Below, one piece after another: positions 1 through 10,700 of a stretch of DNA of 64,000 nt (positions are counted from its first letter, which is position 1; the number at the start of each line of letters is the position of its first letter). This stretch comes from Setoptus koraiensis (taxonomy: Eukaryota > Animalia > Arthropoda). Under the pieces are notes generated by a model. That model was not told the origin of the DNA. It did no database searches and was given only the letters and a program-made list of their open reading frames with translations. Both the position numbers and the translations under genes were made by a program. The DNA lies in the NCBI GenBank assembly GCA_048013815.1, contig CM106585.1:17050001-17114000 (forward strand). The letters run 5' to 3'.

Positions 1-1
1 C

Positions 2-3000
2 TTTGGCCAGTGCGCCAGACCTAGAGTTGGCTGGCAAATAGATCCGTTTGGGCACAGCAACGAGCAGGCGTCATTGTTTGCCCAATTTGGATTTGATGGC
101 ATGTTCTTTCAGCGGATACATTTTCTAGACAAATGGTCACGATCAATGAGCAAATCGTTGGATTTGATCTGGCGCGCCGACGAGGCACTAGCCAGCGATT
201 CGGGCTCTATTTACACAAACGTATTTATAGACACGTACAATGCGCCCTCGACATTTTGTTTTGATACGTTCTGTTTGGACGCCAATCTAGTGGACAACAA
301 CAAATCGTACGAGTACAACATCGAGGAGCGAGTGTCCAGTTTCGCTGGCTACGCCAAATACTATGCGCAACACAAGCGAACCAACCACATAATGATACCG
401 ATGGGGGGCGATTTTCAGTACACTTCCGCCAGGCAAAATTTCAAGAATCTCGACAGACTGATCAAGTATTTGAACAAGATGCGACCCGATCAGATTCATG
501 CCTTTTACAGCACACCCAGCTGCTATCAGTACGCGCTGAACGAGGCCGGCAAGGCGGCCAATGTGAGCTGGCCCCAAAAACTGAACGATTTCTTTCCGTA
601 TGCCACGGATCAGCACACCTATTGGACGGGTTATTTCACCAGCAGGCCGGCGCTGAAATTGTTTGAACGAAAATCGTCGACAATATTGCAAGTGAGCAGA
701 CAAATGGCTCTCATCAAGATGATAGACAACCTGAGAGCAACGCCGGCATACAGTAACAATAATAGCGACACCAGCGCCAATTGGAACTACGATCTACTCA
801 TGCACCAAGAGCAATGTTTGGACCGGATGTGGCAAGTGATGGGCGACATGCAACATCATGACGCCGTCACAGGTACGGAGAAACAGCACGTGGCAAACGA
901 TTATTTGAGACGGGCCACTGATGCAATCAATCAGTGTATCGGTGCTATTACGTTGAGTCCATTGCAACAGCAACAGCAATCAAAAGCAACAACAGCAACA
1001 ACAACAAAAGATGCGACTAGCTTGCCAAACAAACTGGCCACCGAATCAACCACCGGTATGTGGTGTCCGGCGCTAAACATAAGCAACTGCTGGGCCACAG
1101 AATATTATCTCAGGCCACTGTCGGACAGCAGCGACGGCATCAGAGTGAACCTGTTCAATCCTTTGAGCGAGAAACTCGTCCAGACACCCATAAGGTTGCC
1201 CTGTCCCAGCCCGTGCGAACTGGACAAGCTGTCCATTAGGGACATGTCAACAGGTGAACAGGTCAGTGTCATAGTGAAAGTGCCCCTCAATGCCGGCTTA
1301 GAGAAGCTCAGATATAGAGTGTCGCTAGCTGATGAAGAGATTCAATTTTATGCAAATCTTCCACCTGTTGGCTACAACTCGTACGAGATAGTTGTCAAGC
1401 CGGGCCAAAACGACAGCCAAGAACAAGCATTCACAATGGGGCCCACACCGGCACCAGCGCTCCCAACAAACAATAACAATAATCCTTTTGAGCACATATA
1501 CAACAGTGACAGATGGATAAGAACGTCGCCCAATTACAATGATCAGGATTTGGGTGTGACGAGTAAGTGGAGCGACGACGAAACAAACACCAACAACAAA
1601 GACCAACAGCAAGTCAATAAACTGGTCAAGTTGGCAATTGGTTTGCAGCAAGCAAGCGCCAACAACAACAGATATCTGTCTGTCAATTTGGCCACGGGTC
1701 TAGTGGAGGCGCTCCATGTTGGCGACAAATATTTGCCAGTGAAACAAAAATTTGGCTTTTATTTGCCCGTAAAAGGAAGCAGATCGTCAGGCGCCTACAT
1801 AATGAGGCCAAATTCTAGCGAGCCGCAATTGTTCCAACAGCCAGAGAGATTTAAAATATTCGTATCGGAATATATTCTAGAAATTCATCAGCAATGGAAC
1901 GAATGGATATGGCAAACAATTAGAGCAGACGCCTATTTGGATTACATAGAATATGATTATGTTGTTGGACCGTTGCCCAAAGACGAAACAAGCAAGCTTG
2001 GCACAGAGTTTATTAGTCGGTATGAGACTGATTTAAACACACATGGCGTATTTTATACGGACTCTAACGGTCGTCAATTGTTGACTCGGCGCACCATTGA
2101 TCCCAATGACACTAGCGAGCCGGTTGCTGCAAACTATTATCCAGTGACCACCACAATAATGCTCAAAGACCCCAACGCAACCAGACCAATTGACGTGGCC
2201 ATACTGACCGATAGAGCACAAGGCGGAACTAGCCTGGCAAATGGTCAGTTGGAGTTGCTCATACACAGACGGTTGCTGGTAGATGACAATTTTGGCGTTA
2301 GCGAAGCCCTCGACGAACCGGGCGAGGATGGCCGAGGCGTTGTGATACGCGGACAGCACAGGATGCTGGTCAAGTTCAGCAATCAATTATCAGAGCGAGA
2401 AAACAATAACAACGGTGACAAACAGGCTCAAGCGGCGCCCAGATTCCTGATTAACAAGAGAGACAATCTCAGATCGTTCACTCGGCAGGCTCACCAGCAA
2501 CTGAAGCACGGCGATTTCAAGCCAGACAGCTCAATCTTTCAATCTAAAACTGCCCTTCTGATGGACAGAAGCCTCGATCAGATACGCCAACAGTCCATCA
2601 GGTTTCTGTTGAGGCCCATAGTGACATTTGAGCCCATCAAAAAGGGTGCATCGCAGCAGCAAGTTTCGAATGGGCCGTCTACAGCGGGCGCTGTTAGCCT
2701 GTTGAACAATTCTTTGCCGCAAAATGTTCACTTGTTGACAGTGCAACCGTGGAAGGACAAACAAATATTGTTGAGATTGGAGAATTTGCAAAATCCGTTG
2801 ACGTTGCACCAGTCGTTTTATCCCGACGAGATGTACCAACAAATGCTCAACATTTACAAAGAGATGCCCCCAGTGAACACGTTGAGGCAGGCGACAAATG
2901 ACACCAGCAACAGCACTGGCGACGATTCCGTCGGTGTCAATTATGCCGGTCAGTTAGCAAGTGGCCAGAAATTGGCGGATCAATCGCCGAAATGCAAGCG

Positions 3001-3454
3001 CTTGCATTCGCACTATCAACGAAGCAAATACGATGGCCGATATCACACACATCGCTTGCCGTGTGCCGCCAACAGTAACAGCCCGTATAACAATGCGGCA
3101 ACAATTTTATCCGGTCGCAACATCACAAATGAGCAATTGGACAGTGTTTGTTTGGAACGCCAGAGATTGTTTTATTCGCAAATGGAGACGAGAGTTGAGC
3201 TGGAGTATTTATTCAATCACGTACGCATTGTAGAGCTGCAAGAGATGACATTGGGAGCAAACGAGAATCTTGACCAATTGAATCGACTGAATTGGAACAA
3301 CAACAACAACAACAACAGATCTGCCGACGACAATTTGTTGTTGCAGGGAGCTTGTGATAGTTTTACGCCTCTAACGGACAACAACAGTCAGACGAGCATA
3401 ACTCTGACGCCTCGCCAGATCAGAACCTACATAGCGCGCATAGAGAAGATATAA
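2..3454 (+). CDS. MAN2B1: Lysosomal alpha-mannosidase, glycoside hydrolase family 38 (5'-truncated at window edge)
   Basis: Frame is open from nt 2 and reads FGQCARPRVGWQIDPFGHS, the GH38 catalytic nucleophile motif. It also has IMIPMGGDFQY, YWTGYFTSRPALK, QHHDAVTGTEKQHV, FYTDSNGR, DRAQGG, ELLIHRRL and a C-terminal ITLTPRQIRTY. No introns in the visible part. Confidence 0.95.
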   Translation, partial: FGQCARPRVGWQIDPFGHSNEQASLFAQFGFDGMFFQRIHFLDKWSRSMSKSLDLIWRADEALASDSGSIYTNVFIDTYNAPSTFCFDTFCLDANLVDNNKSYEYNIEERVSSFAGYAKYYAQHKRTNHIMIPMGGDFQYTSARQNFKNLDRLIKYLNKMRPDQIHAFYSTPSCYQYALNEAGKAANVSWPQKLNDFFPYATDQHTYWTGYFTSRPALKLFERKSSTILQVSRQMALIKMIDNLRATPAYSNNNSDTSANWNYDLLMHQEQCLDRMWQVMGDMQHHDAVTGTEKQHVANDYLRRATDAINQCIGAITLSPLQQQQQSKATTATTTKDATSLPNKLATESTTGMWCPALNISNCWATEYYLRPLSDSSDGIRVNLFNPLSEKLVQTPIRLPCPSPCELDKLSIRDMSTGEQVSVIVKVPLNAGLEKLRYRVSLADEEIQFYANLPPVGYNSYEIVVKPGQNDSQEQAFTMGPTPAPALPTNNNNNPFEHIYNSDRWIRTSPNYNDQDLGVTSKWSDDETNTNNKDQQQVNKLVKLAIGLQQASANNNRYLSVNLATGLVEALHVGDKYLPVKQKFGFYLPVKGSRSSGAYIMRPNSSEPQLFQQPERFKIFVSEYILEIHQQWNEWIWQTIRADAYLDYIEYDYVVGPLPKDETSKLGTEFISRYETDLNTHGVFYTDSNGRQLLTRRTIDPNDTSEPVAANYYPVTTTIMLKDPNATRPIDVAILTDRAQGGTSLANGQLELLIHRRLLVDDNFGVSEALDEPGEDGRGVVIRGQHRMLVKFSNQLSERENNNNGDKQAQAAPRFLINKRDNLRSFTRQAHQQLKHGDFKPDSSIFQSKTALLMDRSLDQIRQQSIRFLLRPIVTFEPIKKGASQQQVSNGPSTAGAVSLLNNSLPQNVHLLTVQPWKDKQILLRLENLQNPLTLHQSFYPDEMYQQMLNIYKEMPPVNTLRQATNDTSNSTGDDSVGVNYAGQLASGQKLADQSPKCKRLHSHYQRSKYDGRYHTHRLPCAANSNSPYNNAATILSGRNITNEQLDSVCLERQRLFYSQMETRVELEYLFNHVRIVELQEMTLGANENLDQLNRLNWNNNNNNNRSADDNLLLQGACDSFTPLTDNNSQTSITLTPRQIRTYIARIEKI

Positions 3455-4142
3455 CACAATATATAAATAATAATAACAAGACATGTTCACGTGAATGTCT
3501 CATGCAGCGCGATCATCAACGAAATATTCAAATAAAATAGTATTAGACAAAACAGCTCGTTGCAGCCATGATTGCGTTAGCTGCAGCTATTGCTGCTATT
3601 GCAGAGCTCGCGTGCTCGAACTGACCCACCACGACTGCCCATCGATCCGGTGGGGCCCCGTCGGTGGGCTGGCGCACCTCAGTGTGACTTGTGGCTGCCG
3701 GTGCAGCCAGAACAGCGGCAAATTTGTTGGCCGGATTGGCGTTGAGTTTCTTTCAAGTTCGACGGTGACATTGCGAACGGCATTCGTTTGCGCCCAACTG
3801 TCCCCTTTTTGACAATGTCATATCAATGAAAACAAATCTCAATCGGTTTCAAGAGACTCAAAACGTGAGAAATGTTGTCCCACGCTTGCACGGGCCACGA
3901 TCGAACTCCGAATGCGGCAGCCCAACAAATTGTTCAAGCAATTGGCTTGGATGTCGCGAACAATATGTATAATTAGTAATATGCAGTCGGAGCGACGGTT
4001 GTGATGCGCCGAATATGAGAAATGTTTTATTATTATTGGTATTTTATATTAATGGTGTGTGCGTGTGTCGGCAGCATTTAAAAATGCTGCCGGGTTGCAG
4101 TGTGGGTATAATTGTGTGTGAATCATTTCATTCCGTCGTTAA

Positions 4143-6047
4143 TTACAATCGCTCGTGATCCACCAGTGACCCAATACAACTCTCTATCTCTTGTCTGCTC
4201 TTCAACGGCACGGGTACCTCTAGTCTGTTGCTGGCCCCGTTGAGGCCGTACCTCTTTGCGGCGTTGTATTTGGCTAAATCGATTTCTAGCGACCACAATT
4301 CCAGGCTTTTGGCTGTCATTCGTAGCACATCGGGCAATTGACCAAATTGATTTGGATTACAATCAGTGGGATAGTTTTTGGCCAATAGACGTTGATGCAA
4401 TTCAACGCATTGATCGTCGGGCGACGCTGGCCCAGGCAACAAACTTCTGTATCTCATTGAGGCCATACGGGCACGTTCTGGGTCAATGTTGGCCAATACA
4501 AGCTTCACTGATTGCTGTAGGAATTGTTCCACCTCAATAAATTGTCTGTCGAATTGCAATGGCGTGTTGAGTTCGTGCTCGAGAACTTTAGCCCGCAGAT
4601 CGTCCATGGCAAACGCAAACTCAACGTTGTCTCGTCTAATGGAACTTGATTCGCTTCTAAACGATGACAGTGCCGACACAATGTCTATCAATCTACGCCG
4701 GGCACATTCATCTTCGGCTATTTGCGCGTACAAGCGAGGCCACGAATCCGATTTTTCCTGTTGATTCTCCGCCAAATGATTGAACAGTGCCTTGGCTAGA
4801 CGCAACGAATTCTTTTTGCATTCTCTAATGTTTATCGTGGAATTTTGCTCCAAACCATTGCCGCTCACATAGCTGCTAACTCCGCCAACCACGCCATCCA
4901 AAGCGGCCGAGTTTTGTTGAGACAAAGCAGAGCCGCCACTTCCGCCCGACATTGACACACTGTCTGACGGACTGGCCAATCGGTGTCTGTTTCCGTTTAT
5001 TTTGGCGGGTAGGTCGTCGAGCCATTGATTTGTTGACTGTAGCGATGGATTGGGCGAATTGCAATTGGGCGACGATGCCTCGTCGGCACAATCGCACCAG
5101 GCTGCCTCGGCCATCAATCTAAGATCGTGGGCCGTGCATTTGCCCACTACTGGCCAACCTCTGCTACTAACTCCGTTTGATGCATCTTGCTGAACTGGCT
5201 TGCCAGACGTAACTGCGCCTGTGCCCGCATCCTGACCGACCAACGGACTGCTGTTTGCAGCCAACAAACCACCCAAAGCTGAGCTGCCACTTTTGCCCGT
5301 TAGCTGGTTAGCGTCACCGGGAGTGGCGCCTGCCAAGGCCTGTTGCTGTAATGGCTGGGAGGATCTGAGTATTGGCGAGGCCGAATTGTGTTGAACTGTG
5401 CTTAATCGTGAACTTAGCTTCTCTAAATCAGTGAATTTCAAGCTCATAAATTCAAACAGTGACTTGCGAACATTTGAACGTTGGCTGTACAATGGCGAAC
5501 TGGGCTCCTCTAAGCTCTCCGGTTGTGGATTACATAATGTCTCGGCCAATAGATGTAGCGGACCTAAGCCTCCCTTGATGCCAAGCGTGACAGCGTCCAA
5601 TGTTGCGTTGGACAACAATGGCGCGTTGCTTGGTGGCTGTTGTTTAGCTTGCGACGGATACAATTCATTGGGCGCCGATGATTTGTGGCTCACTGGCGCT
5701 TGTTGTAAATGCTGCTGTTGTTGTTGTTGTGCAACAACAGGTGCCACAGGTGAACCAGCGGCTTTCAGAGCCGCCGGTTGTTGAGTTTGCTGGGGAACAG
5801 AGTGAGCAGGCTGAACTGACTGAGCTGAATTCAATTGATTGTTGTGTAGTTGTTGTTCATGAACTGGTGCAGCAGATTTCGATTGGGGCGTCTGCTGTAG
5901 TTGTTGTTGTTGTTGTTTGGCGTTGGCAATGTGGGCAATCTGTTGTTGATGTTGTTGTTGCAGTGTGGCAGCGGAAACCGAATAAAAGATGAATGATGCC
6001 AATAAAATTTGAGTAAATACAAGCACTGCTAGATGGGCCACCTTCAT
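4143..6047 (-). CDS. Orphan secreted protein, 634 aa: signal peptide, Q-rich N-terminal region, Cys-containing C-terminal region
   Basis: Long single-exon ORF with a hydrophobic N-terminus (MKVAHLAVLVFTQILLASFIFYSVSA), polyQ tracts and 10 Cys. No family motif recognised. Confidence 0.8.
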   Translation of the reverse strand: MKVAHLAVLVFTQILLASFIFYSVSAATLQQQHQQQIAHIANAKQQQQQLQQTPQSKSAAPVHEQQLHNNQLNSAQSVQPAHSVPQQTQQPAALKAAGSPVAPVVAQQQQQQHLQQAPVSHKSSAPNELYPSQAKQQPPSNAPLLSNATLDAVTLGIKGGLGPLHLLAETLCNPQPESLEEPSSPLYSQRSNVRKSLFEFMSLKFTDLEKLSSRLSTVQHNSASPILRSSQPLQQQALAGATPGDANQLTGKSGSSALGGLLAANSSPLVGQDAGTGAVTSGKPVQQDASNGVSSRGWPVVGKCTAHDLRLMAEAAWCDCADEASSPNCNSPNPSLQSTNQWLDDLPAKINGNRHRLASPSDSVSMSGGSGGSALSQQNSAALDGVVGGVSSYVSGNGLEQNSTINIRECKKNSLRLAKALFNHLAENQQEKSDSWPRLYAQIAEDECARRRLIDIVSALSSFRSESSSIRRDNVEFAFAMDDLRAKVLEHELNTPLQFDRQFIEVEQFLQQSVKLVLANIDPERARMASMRYRSLLPGPASPDDQCVELHQRLLAKNYPTDCNPNQFGQLPDVLRMTAKSLELWSLEIDLAKYNAAKRYGLNGASNRLEVPVPLKSRQEIESCIGSLVDHERL

Positions 6048-6707
6048 TTTGTAAAGCTGTTATATTCTCAAGACACAAATAAATAAAAAATTAATCTACT
6101 AATTTCAATTACTAATCAGTTTGTATTATTGGTTATTATTAGTGGATTGTTGCGTTATTACGTATGCGAATTGTCACTACGATGGGCAAAATGGATAGAC
6201 AAATTTAGTTGCATTCTAGTATACCGCGACTCTTTAGATGATATGACTTGCATGTATGAATCTATTTTGCTACTACAATTTCTTATAACTTTACAATTGC
6301 AAGTGAACAACCATTGCAGTCGCTGTTGCTACCATGCAAGACGGATGCTGCCTATACGATGTAATACGGCCAGGCAAAATCGCCAATCGTCTCACGTAAT
6401 AGCTGCTGGTCAGCCGAGGAAGCGAAAGAGAGAATAATAAAAGAGTACATTATATTCTTGTTCTTCTTGTAACTGGTATAGTCACAGCCTTGAACTTCAA
6501 GGGCGCGATCAACGACCCAACTACGGACACCACATCTATCCTCAGGTAAGTCTGCCAGAAACATTTCATTTCACTAATGCTCACACACACACACGCACAC
6601 ACCAGAGGCACAAGTCAAAAGTCCATCCAAAAGCAACAGGTTGCTAAAGAACTATCGCGAATTCTTCATCTTTAAGCATCTTTTCCTTTCTACTCATCAA
6701 GAAGGAA

Positions 6708-6712
<5 letters not shown>

Positions 6713-6758
<46 letters not shown>
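6713..6758. repeat. (CT)n microsatellite
   Basis: Perfect CT run of about 23 units. Confidence 0.97.
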
Positions 6759-6760
<2 letters not shown>

Positions 6761-7726
6761 CTCCTGCACACTATACTTGAGTCTGATTTCAAGCTATCGA
6801 TAATTCGTGCTCTCGTTGCTTGCCGCAGCAACAGCATAAACTCCTTTTCACTAACTAGTTTTATGCCACTAGTCTACTTTATTATGTAATCAAGCCAGTA
6901 TATAGAAGATAGTATAAGTCTTAGAGAAAGTTGCAACAACAACATTATATACACTTCCTGCACTAAGTCGATAATTGGAGTTTGTTTCATCCGAGCATCT
7001 CTTGGTCGCTTACTTGCTTGCTTCAGTGGTCAATAGCAATCATCTAATTTCTAGTTCTTAAAACCAAGTATTAGTCCGTCTTCCTCTCTCCCACTCACAG
7101 CAGCTGAAATGAAACATTGAAACGAAACCAGTTCGCTCATTGTTCGCAGACGAATCTCGTCGGGTCTGCTGAGAAGCTCAAACGAATTCCGAAACGATTG
7201 TTGTTCGACCGCCGAGGCTTCTCTTTCATTTCCCGTCAAGGACAAACTTAAGGTCGCTTCTTGTGTGTACATTTTGTGATGCTGCCTAAATCACAAGTAA
7301 CATACTCAATAGTTTGCTCGTTATCTGAATTCCATATAACTATGCAGCTCTGACACCCTACAATGGCTGCAAGCTGCATTATCTGATCAGCAAAAGTTTG
7401 TACTAGTTATTTATACTATGTGAAACAAACTATCAATCGCTTCCATGTCATAATTGATGGCGTCAAAGGTACAATTGTCAACCCAATAGATTGTCCGTCA
7501 CCAATTCAAAATGGTGACATCAATGAACACATCAGTTATGTAAAAATATGCAAGTTTTGCACAAAGAGCACTAATCGCCCATGTACTGTATGCAGTACAG
7601 AGAAAAAGATGAAATCATGCATTAGTTTTAGCTAATTGTGGTTGGCGTAAATTTGGCGGAACCTTGTAAAATTGATATCTAAGTATATTTATTGAATGAA
7701 AAGAACCATTACAACATGTGAACGCT

Positions 7727-10700
7727 TCATATTTTGGCGTTTTCAATGAATTCTTTGGGTATCTTCAACTTCTCCACAAGCCACGTCTCGATCTCTTGGC
7801 ATTTAGAAATGTCTTTGACGTTATTAGTGTACTTTTCATTCGGGCAGATCTGGCCAATATTCTGTTCAAGGCACTTGATCAAAACTTTGTTCCTTATATC
7901 ATTATTAACTATGTGCAAAGCTATAAAACATGCCCATCTTAAATCTATCGCACCTAATTGAGCTACCATATTACAATGTATAATGTCTGAATCGGCCCAT
8001 TCCATCTCAGTGCATATAATGTGAAAGCTCTTTAGAGACTCAAGTAGAAACCACTCTTCCGAAAGGTTCATTCTTGAGGCAGCTGAAAGGATAGTTGAAG
8101 GGTTATTTCTGGACAGTATGTGAAAGTCCACGTCATTGGTGTCTGTATCCAATCTTTTGAGAAACTGCGGTAATAAATGGAATCCATACTTGTCTGGCTC
8201 TGAAACGAACGATGATACATGCAGAATGAGTAAACTCAATTGTTGAGTCCATTCCAACCCTTTGAGACAATCAATGGGCTTGTTGTCAGACGTTTTCCAA
8301 TCAGTTAAACCAGCCAGTAGAACGTAGATCTTGAGAAGCTCTTTGTCTATGTATTGGTCGGCGCAACTCATTCTCCACATATCAAGTTGTTCGATCATGA
8401 GATCCTTGTTAACGTTCGCTGATGATACTAACAAAGCTAATCGAGGGTGATTCCCATCCATCGCTACTGAACTTGCAAGATCATATCTATCACAAGTCAA
8501 ATGATATATTATTCTTTGATAAATGTTTGTGGGCACGGGTAGCTTAAGATTCTTCGACGACAACCAGTCAATAACTCTCAAGAGACGTTCGTTTTGCTTG
8601 GCGTATGGTCCATCAGTTGTTAGATTGCCATATAAAGCATGGAGAAGGTCATGGGATTCAGCGCTGTCAATATAATCGTCGGTTTCTATGTAAGGTGCTA
8701 ATGTGGGCTTCATCTGAAGTTGCGTAACAATGGAGTGAGATGTAAGGTACCTGTCCAGTTTGTGGTCGAGTTTCTCTCCCAATTGTCCGTCTGTTATTGA
8801 GGGAACAATTTTCAGTTCATGCAGAGTCACGGAATCCCCTTGGATCATTGAAAAGGTTCTGGAACCATTGATGAATCGTATTTTGGGTGAGCCACTGACC
8901 CTTACCGCTGATACGTCTTTTATCAATTTGTTTTGGGCAGCAAATAAGTCAGGTTTCAGCTTCATGTCACGGATTTTCGGTTGTTTCGGAGCGCTCACGT
9001 CTTGTGCGCAAATTTTGTCTTGAAAAAATCCACTGTTGTTGGGGCTATGTAAAGCGATTCGTTTGGTGCCGTGAACAGATATTGCTCTTTTGGAATCATT
9101 GTGAGACTTATTGAAAGCTTTGGACTCATTTATTTTATCTTCGTCGTCAAATATTGAGTTCCTAATGAGATCCAACTCAACGTACTTTTCGCTAAATATT
9201 GGAGCTAGAGCGAATGGGTTCATAGCTAAATCTGCCAGAATATTAGAGTCTACTTCTTGTTCATTTTTAGTTTTTGAGCCAGATAGATTGCTGTCACCTG
9301 ATCGGCTGCTCAACAATGAAGACGACATCCCAGGGTAGATCTGCTCAATTGTACCGTTGTATCGTAAATTAGACCTGTCGGCTCTATTGTTTTCCTCTCT
9401 TTTGGGTGTTTGACGTTCGGCTGCATCGAGGTAAGTTTCCATGTTTTGCTCCATTATGGTGGCATGACTCAGGGACGAAAGCGATTTGTTATGCTCTCGG
9501 CGTTCAAGAACAACGCGTTGTTCTACAGGCCTTTGGGAGGAAGGAGGTATAGTTGTTGGAGGGCCCATATCGGAAACTATTATAGGAAGCTGGTTGCGTC
9601 TAGCCTGAGAGTTGACCTGAACAGGTTGAACAGTTTCATCGTCTTCTGTCAAGCCGTATTTGCTGAAATGTTTGACGGCGAAAACCCAAGAACCAGTTTG
9701 TGGTCGATAATCTATGAATCTAGCTCCCTTCCTGATAGTAGCGTTCTCGATTGTTTCTGAGTACTTCATCAAATTCAGACGGTTAATATCCTTTATGACT
9801 TCGTGTGTTTTTTTGTCAACAGGCCACACTTGATGCAACGTTATTGTGGCCGGTCTATTGAGTCCTTGACCAACGGGAGGCTTGTTGTTGTCGTCTGGAT
9901 ATACAACCACTTCTTTTCGTCTGATATGTACAATCTCGTCCAAGTTGAGTCCTTTAATATCCATTTGCTGTTCAAACAAGATTGAACCATATTGGTTTCG
10001 CTCAATCAAAAATTTGTTGACAATACACGTCTTAGTCTCGGGGTTGTATAAACGTTCTAATTCATCCAGAGATGGTTGTGTTTGATAGTCCAATCTATTA
10101 AGAGTAACTCCACTTTTTGAACTGGTAAGGTTCATAGTGAATGGCTCAGGGGGTGCTCGATTTCTACTGCTATCATTAGATGAAGGGGAGCTCGCATTTG
10201 AGACAGACAATGTCTCTGGCGAAGTTAGGTTGCGAGAGTAATCTGCTAGACTAGATCTAGAGGTGACATCCCTAACGTTCAACGATTGATTCATAGATAA
10301 TGATGTTCTATTCGGGGAATTTTCTATATCGTTGATATCATCAGATTCGTTAATATTAGGTATAATATTATCGCGAGCTATCATAGATGGTGACTCATCT
10401 GGGGATTCAATTTCCGCCTCGGAGGCGTTCGAGTTCGTCTTAGATTTCAACACCAACTTCTTGATGTTTCTTTTGGGAACGAATACATCTAGTGCGCATT
10501 TCATGTCATCACCCGTGGGATCATCTAGCCCATCAAAGAGGACAGAATTCGGCCTTGCACGATCAGCACTTGAAGGTTTGGTAAGTATTGAATTAGTTTT
10601 AGCACTCATTTTGTATTGATTTAATGTTCTCGGGTCGGTAGTGAACTTGGCTTGACTCAAATCATCCTGTGTGATAGATGTGTCTCCATAAGGTAATGTT

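Noticed and set aside
4143-4157. C-terminal HERL of the orphan protein as an ER-retention signal
   Set aside because: It does not fit the xxEL consensus.
7420-7635. 71-aa ORF with CKFC...CTVC recalling a piggyBac C-terminal Cys domain
   Set aside because: Non-ATG start, no transposase core or TIR/TTAA nearby, and too short to support a mobile-element call.
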